A stretch of DNA of 64,000 nucleotides from assembly GCA_976551045.1 (NCBI GenBank), contig CDPCPM010000045.1, positions 15,934,001 to 15,998,000 of the forward strand, written 5' to 3'. Source of the stretch: Glaucostegus cemiculus (taxonomy: Eukaryota). A model generated the notes under the pieces. It did no database searches and was not told the DNA's origin. It saw only the letters and a list, made by a program, of their open reading frames with translations. Of the stretch, positions 49,636 through 62,201 are shown piece after piece; the stretch's first letter is position 1; each line of letters opens with the position of its first letter. Both the position numbers and the translations under genes were made by a program.

Positions 49636-51804
49636 CATTGTTATCAATTGCAGGATTCGAAGACCTTCATCTTTTGGTTTTGAAGGAATGGTAAAATCCA
49701 TTTGTTGTAGAACAGTTCCCACAGATTAGTGGGTACAAAAGGAGGAAATGAGATAATAGGCAATTACTGTTGGAATAGTAATTGCCTAGTACCTAGTATG
49801 GAAACTGCTGGAATCTATCTTGAAGGAAATCATATTGGCTCTCTTGGAAAAAATAAAAAAAAAGATGGTGCACTATCAGTCTAGACTTGCAAAAGAAAAA
49901 TTGTTTGACAAACCCATTAGAATATTTTGTTGCATCCAGTTTAACAGATGAGGTGAACCACTTGTTATATTTGTTTATGGGTTAATGGGCAGAAAAATAT
50001 ATTTTTAAAAAGTCAGTGCTTTTATTCTCTCTCAAAACAATGAGGCAAATAATCTTTCCTTTCTCCTCCTAGAACACATTTTTAAATTGTGCCTCTTGTT
50101 CTGAGACAGACTAAAAGCATTGTTTTTTATATGTATTTTTAGAAAGTTAGCATTTATGAGGACCTGTTTTCACACATGCAAGTGACAGATTGTATAGTGC
50201 ATCTAATATAACTAATTATCTGTGAAGTGTTTGGAAAGTTGTAAAGATTTTTGCAAAATATTGTCTGTGGTGATCTTAATTGTTTGCCTTCAGAAAATAT
50301 TGTTGCTGCTGATTCATTGTGCTTTTCATTTGTGACTTCAATTTTCTTCCCTCTTTCCACCAAGTCATTCTACCACTGGACCTCAGTCCCATAGCTCCTG
50401 CTTTCTCCTCTTGATGCGTGGAAAAGTGCTGTCAAGTGTCGACCTCCAGTCACCTATGTAAACTGTCCACTGTATGTTCTTTCTGCATGTACCTTGGCAA
50501 AATGACAAATGTTTTGTGTGCAATTTCATACCAGCAGCATTTTGTGTTACATTAGCACAAGAACTAGAAAATCTCTCAGCTGTGTTTGCTTGCATGCTTC
50601 TGGTGTTTATGATTCTTTTGCGGAACCCTGCTGGACATGTGCGTGGATTTTTAAAAGATCTTTTCTGTACTTTTCAACATTACAGTTTGCTGCAAAATGT
50701 TTTAATAAATATTAGGCTTTTTGCTTTCATTTACATTAATATGTACTTCATTAAGATGCAACAGAATTCATTGTTTTGTCTCACCACAATGAAAGGTAAA
50801 AATGGTTTCACACTGCTGCAGTTACCAAAAATGCATTTGATTTGTGGCTGCCATTAATCTCACTTTGTGATATGAGCATATGGTTCTGCAGAGTAGTATA
50901 TTTTTGCTTCTTCCTCCTCATAAAGATTATATCCATTGGTATTTGATCATGGGCAGTGGTCATAAAAATTAACCAGAACCCTAAGCTTTCCTTCTATAAC
51001 CATATGTAGCAGGAACTGGAAGAGGCCATTCACCCTCTTGAACCTGCTCTGACATTCAATAGAAACATGGCTAATCTGAAGTTCAAGTCCACTTTGCTGC
51101 CTTTTCCCTATAACCCTCAATTCCTTTGAAGATTAGAAATCTCTCATAGTTTTAACTATGCACAGGATGCCTTCCCCACAGCTCTTTATGATGGGGAGTT
51201 CCAAAGGCACTCAGCCCTCTGAAGAAATATTTACTCATCTTAGTCTTCAATGGATGTCTCCTTATTCTGAGACTATGTCCTCTGATTCTTGATTCTGATA
51301 ACCTCTCAACATTTCCCCTATCTAGCCCCCTTAGATCACCTCTCATTCTTCCAAGTTCCAATCACAGGAATGCCAACCTGTTTAATCTTTCCGTGTAAGA
51401 CAATCCCTCCACACCCAGTATCATCCTAGTGCACTTTCTCTGAATTTTCTGCCTGTTAACCAATATGAAATAATATATTTCCTTAAGTAGAGGGACTGAA
51501 ACTATGCAGTATTCTAGATTTGGTCTCATTAGTGCCTTATACAGTTGCAGTAAGACTTACCCACTTCATCCCCATAGAAATAAGTGCCAAAATTCATTTA
51601 GCCTTCCTCATTACCTGCTGCACCTGCTCACTTTTTGCAGTAGCACAGATCACTGTGACATCCCACTAATCGAGTTGCCAACCTTAAAATTACCCCTTTG
51701 TCCATATTTGCTCCTTCCTCTGTTAGTTTAATTGTTTATCCTAATTATGTATTACTTCCAATGCCATAAGTTCTTATCTTGTGACTTCACTTTTTTTCAG
51801 GCAC

Positions 51805-52990
51805 CTTTTTGAATGCCTCCCACCCACACCACCTGATGCTGCCCTCACCCGTATCTCCCCTATTCCCCGCATGTCTGCCCTCACCCCCATTTTCTTCCCT
51901 TCCCCAACAGGGACAAGGTTCCCCTTGTCTTCACCTACCATCCCACGAGCCTCCGCATCCAACAAATTATTTTCCGCAACTTCCACCACCTCCAATGGGA
52001 TCCCACCACTAGGTACCTCATCTCCTCCCCGCCCCTCCACACTTTCCTGTAGGGATCACTCTCTACGTGACTCCCTTGTCCACTTGTCCCTCCCCACAGA
52101 TGACCCTCCCGGCACACTTCCCTGCAACCGCACCAAATACTACACCTGCCCTGCCTCTACACCTCCTCCCTCACCACCATTCAGAGCCCGAGACACTCTT
52201 CCAGGTGAGGCAGTGCTTCACTTGTGAATCCGAGGATGACATTTATTGCACCCGCTCCTCCCATTGTGGCTTCCTCTACATCGGTGAGACCCGACGCAGA
52301 TAGGGTGACCGCTTCGTCGAGCACCTTCGCTCTGTCCACCACAAAAGCATCCACTTCAATTCCACATCCCACTCCCATAACAATATGTCTATCCATGGCC
52401 TCCTCTACTGCCACGTTGAGGCCAGACATAGGTTGGATGAATTACACCTCGTATTTCGCCTTGGTGGTCTCCAACCTGATGGCCTCAACATCGATTTCTG
52501 TAATGTCCAGTAACTCCTACCCTCCTCTTTTTCTCCTTTGTCTTCCCTCATTCCTGTGGTTCCCTTCTCCCACCTTCATAACTTGTCCATCCCATCCCTT
52601 CCCCCCCCCCCCCCCCCCCATGACCTGTCTGTCTGTTCCACACCTCCTTCTCTTTATTCCATGGTCCATAGCACTCTCCTACCAGATTCCTCCTCCTTCA
52701 GCCCTTTGCCTCTTCTACCTATCACCTCTCAGCTTCTTACTACTTCCCCCTCCCCCACCCTTCTACCTTCTCCCATCACCTGGATTCACCTATCACCTGC
52801 CTGCATGTACTCCTCCCCCTCCCCTAACCCCTTATTCCGGCTTCTGCCCTCTCTTCTAGTCCCGATGAAGGGTCTCAACCAGAAACATCAACTGTTTATT
52901 TCTCTCCATAGATGCTGCCTGACCTGCTGAGTCCACCAGCATTTTATGTGTGTTGCTCCAGATTATAGCATCTGCAGAATCTCTTGTGAA
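51805..52990 (+). mobile_element. Penelope-like element remnant (GIY-YIG endonuclease + pLTR with hammerhead-like motif)
   Basis: FQVRQCFTCESEDDIYCTRSSHCGFLYIGETRRR*GDRFVEHLRSV at 52200-52340, pyrimidine-rich 3' region, then agtc-CCGATGA-agggtctcaacca-GAAA-catc-aactg at 52858-52894. Confidence 0.88.
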
Positions 52991-53852
52991 TCACTATCTC
53001 AGAAGCTACTATTTTTAGGATTCTAGGATGCAAGCTATCCAGGCCAGGGGTCTTATCAGCCTTTAACCAAAAACTGTTCCTCCAGTGATGGTAACATTAT
53101 TAAATTCCTTTCCAGCTTTAATGGGATGTGTGTACCTTAAACTCTGATGCAAAATACCTGTTTAGCTCCACTGCCATTTTCTTGTTCCCCACAAATATTC
53201 CCCAGCCTTATTCTATAGGGGCCCCATGTTCACTTGGGCACTTTTCTATTTATACTCTTAAGGAAGAGACAATAAGAGTTTCTTTGCTACTTTGCCCTTG
53301 TAGTTTATTTTCTCTGTTTGTAATTTTTTATTATCCTCCGCTGGATTCTGAATTTATCCCAGTCTTTCAGTCTACTGCTAACTTTTGCCTCTTAACACAT
53401 CTCTTTCAACTTAATATGCTCCTTTATTTCCTTTGGTTAGCCTTGGCTTATTCATCCCTCCCTTAGAATCTTTACTCCTTACTGGGATTTGTCTTAACTG
53501 AATTACCTTCCTGTATGTCTGCTGCTGTTTGCCAGCTGCCTTTTCTGTTTATCTGTCTGCCCAGTCCATTTCAATCCATTCTATCCTTGTTTCTCTTCCC
53601 ACCAATGAGTATGACCTGCTGAGTATTTTCAGCATTTTCTATTTTAGTTCTATCATCATTCATTATTTAGGTTGAACATTGTTGTTTCCATCCCAGGTTT
53701 CTTGCTTTCACACTGAATACAAAATTCTATTATGTCATGATCACTATCTCTCAAGGGGATCTTTTACTCTAAGGTCATTTATTAAACCTGCCTCATTACT
53801 CATTACAAGATCTGAGCTTGTCTGTTTCTGGTTGGCTCCATAAGAAGCCACT

Positions 53853-56230
53853 AACTTCCCTAATATTGATTGGCACCTCCTTAAGTGCAAAAGGTTTGGA
53901 TGGGGTGGAATTTGTTACGTGTGTCCAGGAAGGATTCCTGACACAATATGTAGAGGAGAGGCCATTCTGGATCTGGTACTGGCCAATGAACCTGGTCAGG
54001 TGTCAGATCTCTCAGTGGGTGAGCATTTCGGAGACAGTGACCACAACTCCCTGATCTTTACCCTTGCCTTGGAGAGGGATAGGAGCAGATAGTATGAGAA
54101 AGTATCTAATTGGGGGAGGGGGAATAATGATGCTATCATAGGCAGGAACTTGGGAGAGTAAATTGTGAATAGATGTACACGGGGAAATGCACAATGGAAA
54201 TGTGGAGGTTGTTTAGAGATCACTTGTAGGGGGTTCTGGATAGGTTTGTCCCATTGAGGCAGGAAAAGGATGGTAGGGTGAAGGAACCATGTTTGACGAG
54301 AGATGTGGACTATCTAGTGAAGAGGAAGAAAGAAGCTTACCTAAGGTTTGGGAAGCAAGGATCAGAGAGCACTCTGGAGAGTTACAACATAGCAATGAAG
54401 GAGCTTAAGAATGGACTTAGGAGAGCTGTAAGTGTGCATGAGAAGGCCTTGGTGAGTAGGATTAAGGAAAACCATAAGGCATTCTATGGTATGTGCAGAA
54501 CAGGAGAATGACTACAATGAAGGTAGGACTGATTAGAGTTGGAGGAGGTGGGGGAGGTCCTTAATGAATACCTTGCTTCAGTATTCACCTGTGAGAGAGA
54601 CCTTGATGTTTGTGAGGATGGCATAGGACAGGCTGAGAAGCTAGAATGTGTCGACGTTAAGCAAGATGTGCTGGAACTTTTGAAAAACATAAGGATAGAT
54701 AGGTCCCTGGGGCTGGATGGGATATGTTCCAAGATACTACAGGAAGTGAGGGATGAAATATCTGAGCCCTCAGTGATGATCTTTGCATCCTCACTGGCCA
54801 CAGGAGTAGTACCAGATGATTGGAGGGTGGCAAATGTTATTCCTTTGTTCAATAAAGCGAGTAGGGGTAACCTTGTGAATTATAGACCAGTGAGTCCTCT
54901 TTCAGTGGTGGGCAAATTATTGGAAAAGATTCTTAGGGACAGGATTTATGAACATTTGGAGAAGCATAGTCTGATGAGGGATAGTCAGCATGGCTTTGTG
55001 AGGGGCTGGTCATGCCTCACGAGCCTGATTGAATTCATTGAGGATGTGACAAAACACATTGAAGGTAGAGTAGTGGATGTGGTGTATGTGAACTTAGTAA
55101 GGCATTAGATAAGGTTCCCCATGATAGACTCAATCAGAAGGCCAGGAGGCATGGGATCCAGGTAAACTTGGCTGTGTGGATTCAGAATTGGCTTGTCCAA
55201 AGAAGGCAGAGGGTGGTTGTAGATGGAGTGTATTCTGCCTGGAGGTTGGTGACCAGTGGTGTTCCACAAGGATCTGTTCTGGGACCCCTGCTCTTTGTGA
55301 TTTTTATAAATGACTTGGATGAGGATGTGGAAGAGTGGGTTAGTAAGTTTGCAGATGACAAAAAAGTTGGCAGTGTTGTGGATAGTGTAGAAGGTTATCG
55401 AGGGTTACAACAGGGAACTGATAGGATGCAAAGCGGGGCTGAGAAGTCGCAGATGGAGTTCAACTGGAAAAGTGTGAAGTGATTCACTTTGGAAGTTCAA
55501 ATTTGAAGGCGGAATACAGGATTAATGTCAGGATTTGTAGCAGTGTGGAGGCACAGAGGCACCTTGAGGTCCTTCAAAGTTGCCACGCAAGTTGACAGGG
55601 TTGTTAAGAAGGTATATGGCACGTTGGCCTTCATTAGTCGGGGGATTGAGTTCAAGAGCCACAAGATAATGTTGCAGCTCCATAAAACTCTGGTTAGATC
55701 ACAGTTAGAACATTGTTCATTTCCAGTCACCTCACTATAGGAAGGATATGGAAGCTTTAAGAAAGGGTGCAGAGGAGATTTACCAAGATGCTGCCTGGAT
55801 TGAAGACCATGTCTTATGAGGATAGGTTGAGCGAGCTAGGGCTTTTCTCTTTGGATCGAAGGAAGATGTGAGGTGACCTGATAGAGATGTTCAAAGTGAT
55901 AAGCGGCACAGACCAAGTAGACAGCCAGAGACTTTCCCAGGGCAGAAATGGTTGACACGAGGGGGCATAATTTTAAAGTGATTGGAGGAAGGTTTAAGGG
56001 GGATATCAGAGGTAATTTTTTTTTACACGAGAGTAGTGGGTGCGTGGAATGTGGTGCTGATAGAGGTAGATACAGTAGGGACATTTAAGAGACTCTTAGA
56101 TGGGTACATGGATGAAAGGAAAATTGAAGGTGTATGTGGGAGGGAATGGATAGATTGATCTTAAAGTAGGTTAAAAGGTCGGCACAACATCATGGGCCAG
56201 AGGGCTTGTACTGCGCTGTAATGTTCTATG
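53853..56230 (+). mobile_element. 5'-truncated degenerate CR1 (endonuclease end to 3' UTR)
   Basis: ORF relics EFVTCVQEGFLTQYV, DDWRVANVIPLF, SQHGFVRG, GVPQGSVLGPLLF, SKFADD. Tail aatgttctatg. Confidence 0.93.
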
Positions 56231-56286
56231 AAAGCACTTACCTACCCTTTCCAACTTGATTAAACCAATCTATCTGAAGATTAAAG

Positions 56287-56470
56287 TGGAATGCACTGCC
56301 GGCACAGATACATTAGGGACATTTAAGAGACACTTCGATAAACGCATGAATGATGGAAAAATAGGGGGCTATGTGGGAGGGAAGGGTTAGATAGATCTTA
56401 GAGCAAGATAAAATGTTGACACAACATAGTGGGCTGAAGAGCCTGTACTGTGCTTTAGTGTTCTATGTTC
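56287..56470 (+). mobile_element. Short CR1 3'-end insertion
   Basis: ggaatgcactgcc...gggacatttaagagacac...tgttctatgttct, a second related 3' end ~57 bp after the previous element. Confidence 0.8.
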
Positions 56471-57259
56471 TTCCGCACTGCTCTTTTTACCTACTGCTTT
56501 TATTTTTTGGTTTGTATTCTTTCCTAGTGTTGAATTACTCCTTCCAATGGCTTCTTTTTCTTGCTGTTTTTTTTTCACTTCCACCCAAATGGACTTGACG
56601 TCTGAGCATTCCACAGAATTGTGAATATTTAATCTCTTCTAAACAGCGTTACCCACCATCTTTTTCTTTTAAACTGTCCTTCCTAAAAGTTAAATAACTT
56701 TGATCCTCTTATACACCATATCTCTGTAATCACTGTCAGGTCATACTCATTTTCTCTGTTTGTGGTAGTAGTTTGCCTATCTTTTTGTGAATGCTTCGTG
56801 CACGGAGATTCAGAGCCTTGGGGCTTCTCAGTTTTTAATCAAGTTACCTTGTTTGTTCCTTAGCCCTACTTGCCTCTCGACCTTTATTTCCCTGTCTTTT
56901 ACACTTGTATTCTACAGTTCTTTTTCTTTTCTGTTCTTGTTTTTCCCTTAACACCTTGCTTAGGTTCCCATCCACAATTCCTTTAAACCATCCTTAGCGT
57001 AACTGGAAAATGCCCACAAGGTCCCAAATCTGCTACAGGAACCATCTTCCACTGAATCAGTTCCTGTGTATTAGGAATTTTAAGTTCCTCCCTCCAGCAT
57101 AAATTGTCCAGCCACACATGCAACTGGTCTATCCTGTAATCACTAGGACATGGCCACTGGAAGAAATCTTGTGATTATCACTTTTAGGTTCTGCTTTTTG
57201 TTTCCTCTCTCCTTAAATTCATCTTGCAGGACCTAATCCCTGGCCCCTCTGATAATCCG

Positions 57260-57712
57260 TTATAGAGTCACAGAGCAATACAGCATGGAAACGGGCCCTT
57301 CAGCCCAACTTGTCCATGCCAACCATAGTGCTCATCAAGCTAGTCCCAGTTGCCTGTGTTTGGCCCATATCTCTCTAAACCCTTCCTATCCATGTACTTA
57401 TCCAACTGTCTTTTAAAAGTAGTTATTGTACCTGCCTTAACCACTTTCCCTGGCAGCTCATTCCACGTATGCACCACCCTCTGAGTAAAGAAGTTGCCCC
57501 TCAGGTCCCTTTTTAAATCTTTCACCTCTCACAAACCTATGTCTTCTAGTTTTTAGTTCCCCTTTCCTGGGAAAAAGACTGTGTGTTCACCCTATCTACA
57601 CCCCTCTTGATTTTATACACTCCCATAAGTTCACCCCTCAATCTCCTGTGTTTCAAGGAATGAAGTCGTAGACTGCCCAGTCCTTCCCTGTAACTCAGGC
57701 CCTCGAGTCCTG
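57260..57712 (-). mobile_element. CR1 3' fragment
   Basis: ORF 57340..57525 DLRGNFFTQRVVHTWNELP. Confidence 0.85.
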
Positions 57713-57831
57713 TTGTCCACTTTGAGGTGTCAATGTTTAGTTATGATTATTATGACAGCCAATGGGTAAATAAATAATAGATCTGTTCTTTGCACACATT
57801 GAAAATGACATTGTAGGAGTATTGGAGATAT

Positions 57832-58660
57832 TCAGAATCAGAATCAGTTTTTATTGTCACAACCATATACATACATAGTATGCATAGGAGCGAGATACCG
57901 TCCTCCTCAGGTGCTCATCCCATAAAATAACATAACAACCAACAGAGACACACATACACACTTGACAGAATAAACATTACAAAACATTAGACATTAAAAG
58001 CTACGGAAGTTAAAATTAAATTAAAGTACGCAGATTAAATTAAAAATGTCCGGTAAATAAATAAATAGTTATTAAAGTGAATGGGCTGGTGTCGGGCATT
58101 TAAAGTGCTGGTGCATTTCTGTGCACCTAGCATCTCTTAGTGTTAACAAAGGAAGATGGAGGGATGAGAGAGTTTGCAGTTCTGATGGCTTGCGGAAAGA
58201 AGCTATTGTTCAGCCTGGTCGTTCTTGCCCTGATACATTTAAGCCTCCTCCCTGATGGCAAAATTGTGAAGAGGTGGTGGGAGGGGTGAGAAGGGTCGGC
58301 CATTATACTTTTGGTCTTCCTCACACAACGGTCTTTGTATATGTCTGCGAGGGATGGAAGCGAGACACCTATGATCCACTCCGCAGCCCTAACTATCTTC
58401 TGGAGGGACTTCCGCCCAGCAGCTGAGCAGCTTCCAAACCAAACAGCGATACATTGAGTTAGGATGCTCTCAATGGTCCCCCTATAGAAGGTTTTCATGA
58501 CGGAGGGATGGGGGTACGCTTTCCTCAGTCTCTGCAGGAAGTGGAGGCGTTTCTGAGCTTTCTTCATGAGGGCCGTAATGTTAGTGGACCAGGTCAGGTC
58601 GTCGGTGATGTGCACCCCCAGGAACTTGGTGCTGCATACTTGTTCCACAGCAGACCCGTT
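57832..58660 (-). mobile_element. Young 5'-truncated Rex1/Babar-like element, same family as 3929-4582
   Basis: Uninterrupted ORF 58127..58666 (TKFLGVHITDDLTWS, KKAQKRLHFL, FYRGTIESILTQC) and (ctgatt)n tail. Confidence 0.93.
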
Positions 58661-59989
58661 TCTCATTTGTTCTGCTTAGTAATTATATTTGTTATTGAAA
58701 TGTGGAAAAAAAATCCAGGTTTGAGCATGTTTACCTCGTTTTTGGCATTCTGATTTATGCTGCCTCTGGTTTCAGAATCTGTATTGAATGTCATGCAATA
58801 TTTTCATTGCTTTTGAACATGACACTTGCTTGCATTTTAGGTCATATATAATGTTAAGAAAATCTATACTGTTCCAGATTTGGCAGAATAGATGGAAATG
58901 GCTTTTTAATTTACTGAATGTATTCTTAAATGCTGATTGAATTTGAATTTTGAAAAAGTACACCTTCAGGCTTAGCTTTGAATAATACGACATATGTGAG
59001 AGAGCATTACCAAGACCATTGCAGGAAAGGTGCATCCAATAAGCAGCATCCATAGCTAATTTTAAGGCTGTGGAAATGTCAGCTGGGTTTGCTTCCAATC
59101 CTGGATTTGACAATTGATACAGAGTTCAATGTGGATCCTGCAAAGCAATCTCAGAATTCAAATCATTCACTGAAGCACATTTTTAACATCTAAGCACCAA
59201 TTACAATGCGGGATAATGTGGTTAATTGCTTAATTGTTTACCACCATTCTTAACTGGATGTGGCAGGCCACAGTTTTTTTTCTAAATGGTCGGTCATGGG
59301 TACATTCAGATCTGGCTGTAACATGCATTTTCTTTATTCAGGATGTAGCAAGGCCAACATTTATTGGCCATTCCTAATTTTGCCCTTGTGTTTTACATTC
59401 ATTACGTTGGAAGTTTATTTTCAGCTGTACATAGTGCAGCTCTCTTACACTCCATAATGACCCAGGTCTGGGTAATTTGGCATAATCAAGTGATCTTCTC
59501 AGAGGGTAGCATAGAGTTGACCTCATTATTGTATGACTGGAGTGAGTCCCATAGGGCAACAGATTTCCTTCAACAAAAATTGTTAGTGAATCAGTTAGAA
59601 TTTACTTTTAATCCACTTGCATCATGGCTTTCTGAACTGGCACTTAGTTTTTTTTATCAAAGATCTATAAGTAAAAATTAATTAGCAAACTGAAGTGGTC
59701 TTTAACTTTCATTATCTGGATTATTAGACTTGAAACATAGCCACTTTGCTACCATACCTTAGTTTTACCATCAGTAATTCACTTGATAAAGAAAGACCCT
59801 TTCCTTGATCATTTGTAAAGATTCCTTCTATGTTATGAAGCATCTGGAGAGAATTACATCATCTGTAGCTAGATGTGACAAAATAATTGTCTAATATTTC
59901 ACAATATCAAAACAGATCGATCAAAGCACTGTAGTCGTGCCACATGTGCTCGTAAATGAGAGATGACTTCAGGAACATCCCCATCCTCT

Positions 59990-61655
59990 ATGATAGCTGA
60001 GCCAAGCATGTGATTGCTAAAGGCAAAGCTGAAGCATTAGTAACCGTGTTTATTGACAGAGGCTGAGTTGGTGATCCACCTCCACTTCCTCCTGAGAACT
60101 CTGTCATCATAAGCCAATTTTCACCCAATTTCATTCACTCCACATGATACCAAAAACCAGCTGAGATCACTGAATGCAACAAAAATTATATGACTAGACA
60201 GTCTCAGTGCTATAATATGGAAAGCTTGAGCTTTGGAGCTAGTTTTCTTTAGTCAAGCTGTTCCACTATAGTTGCAACACTGGATCTTGCACAGCAAGTT
60301 ATGTGAACAGGTATGTCCTGTTCACAAAGAGCAAAACAAATCCTATCTGTTTAATTACTAACCTCTTAGTCATTGGGGGGAAAAGTAATGAAGGTGTGAT
60401 CAACAGTGCTATCATTGTAACAGTTACTTGTCAATGCCCAGTTTGGGCTTTTGCCAGGACCAGTCTGCTGTAGACTTCACTGCTTTGGCCAAAACAGGGA
60501 CTGAAGAGCTGAATTCCAGAGACGATCAATGCCCAAGGGTGTTCTTTGACCAAAAACTCAACTGGGACCAGCACATAATGAAGAGCTTGCAGAGGAGCCT
60601 CATTAGGATGTTGGCTGGGATGGAGCATTTAATTTATGAGGAGAGACTGGATAGGTTGGGTTTGTTTTCCTTGAAATAAAGGAGTCTGAACAGGACCTGA
60701 TAAAGATGCAGAAAATTATGAGGGGAATAGATGGGGTCGACAGTAAGAAACTTTTCACCATAGCACAGGTATCTAAATCTGGAAGGCAGAGATTTAGGAT
60801 AAGGGGTAAAAGGTTTAGATGGGTTCTGAAGAATAATCTTTTCACCCAGAGCTTTGCTGGAATACACTGTCTGAATAGCTGGTGGAGGCAGGTACTCTCA
60901 CACTACTTAATATTTCAGCACTCTAATTGCCAGTGCATAGAAGGTTATAGACAAGGTGCAGGTAAATGGTATTAGTGTAGATAGGTACATGATAAGCAGT
61001 ATGTACGTGGTGGACCAAAGTGTCTGCTTCTGTGCTGTATAAATATCAATATATAATTACCATGGCTACAAGAGCAGATAAGAGGCTGGAAATCTTGTGA
61101 CTGAGTTACCTCCTGACAGCTCAAAGCCTTTACCATCTACTAGGCATAATTGAGGAGTATGATGGAATATTCTCCACACGCTTAAATGAGTGCAGCTTCA
61201 ACAACACTCAAGAAACTAGACATCGTTTTGGACAAAGCAGTCCACGATAAATATCCCATCCACCAACCTAAGTATTCATTTCCTTCGCCACTAGTGCAGA
61301 TTGGTTGCATGTTTTACCTTCTACAAAGTCCACTGTCCTTACCAAAGCTAATCCAGCAATACCAGCCAAACCTGCAACTTCTACCACCAAGAAAGAACAA
61401 GAGCTTCAGGTACATGGGAGCACTAGCAACTATTCCCCTCCAGGCTGCACACTATACCTAGTTGGAAGTAAACTATCAGTCCGTCATTGTTACTGAGTCC
61501 ATGTTATAGAATTCCCAACACAGCAACACAATGGGAGTAACTTGACCAGGAGGGCTGCAGTGGTTCAGAGGTGGCTACCTATCATCACCTTGAAACCAAT
61601 TAGAAATGGATAATAAATCTGGCCTTGCCAGCACTCCTGGATCCTGAAAAATGAA
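59990..61655 (+). mobile_element. Old CR1-clade LINE with a younger CR1 3' fragment nested at ~60580-61040
   Basis: DQKLNWDQHI (60545) resumes at ~61060 (atggctacaagagcag; MSAASTTLKKLDIV). The insert encodes QRSLIRMLAG...EERLDRLGLFSL. Confidence 0.7.
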
Positions 61656-61825
61656 GGATTCTTTTTTTAAAAATCATTCAACATGTGACCAATGTACATG
61701 GATTGCTTCCTCTGAAGAGGCCAATAGTTTTGGAAATAACATGGATGAGATTGCTGAAAAAAGAACTAGCGTATGTTTTAATTTTTTTTTTATAATCTCA
61801 GTAGATGCTGATTTTGATTTTTCAG

Positions 61826-61930
61826 AAATTTGGTAGCACGCAATCTAAACCAGAGTTCACTGTGGATTTAAAGGGGGCTGCAATTGAATGGGCTTCAAAA
61901 GATAAATCGAGTAAGAAGAATGTTATTGAG
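61826..61930 (+). CDS. ARHGAP12: ARHGAP12 exon, 105 nt, PH domain (KFGSTQSKPEFTVDLKGAAIEWASKDKSSKKNVIE)
   Basis: Acceptor gatttttcag, donor gtaaat. Lies in ORF 61805..62083. QSKPEFTVDLKGA and KDKSSKKNV motifs. Confidence 0.96.
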
Positions 61931-62159
61931 GTAAATATTCTATTGCTTAAATATTCTATTGCTTTGTACAATGTTCAATGTAGCCAGTCATCATGTGGCT
62001 TTTATTTTGACATACGTTTGCTACACCAGTCATTTGCTCTTGGTATTTTTTATTCCCCCTTTCATCTCATGACTCCATTTTAGTTAGGCTATGAACACTT
62101 GTTGAACAAGTTTTAGTTCCTGGCTTGTGATTCTGTGTGAAATGATTTCCCCATGGGCA

Positions 62160-62201
62160 TGAGTCAGTGATTAAATATTGGCTATGTGAGTCAGTGACTA
62201 A
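62160..62201 (+). promoter_or_regulatory. Tandem AP-1 consensus sites (possible intronic enhancer)
   Basis: TGAGTCAGTGA occurs twice (62160-62170, 62187-62197), plus TGACTAA at 62195-62201, in non-repeat DNA. Motif only. Confidence 0.2.

Larger units (their letters stand above)
51000..57250 (-). mobile_element. Old, long minus-strand CR1 broken by several nested insertions
   Basis: 3' end at ~51000 (RIRGHSLRIR relic 51152..51361), middle 52990-53845, endonuclease relics at 56232-56286 and 56471-56760 (SDVKSIWVEV). Confidence 0.6.

Noticed and set aside
52224-52930. Long overlapping Pro-rich ORFs
   Set aside because: Off-frame readings of the Penelope GIY-YIG relic and its C-rich 3' region.
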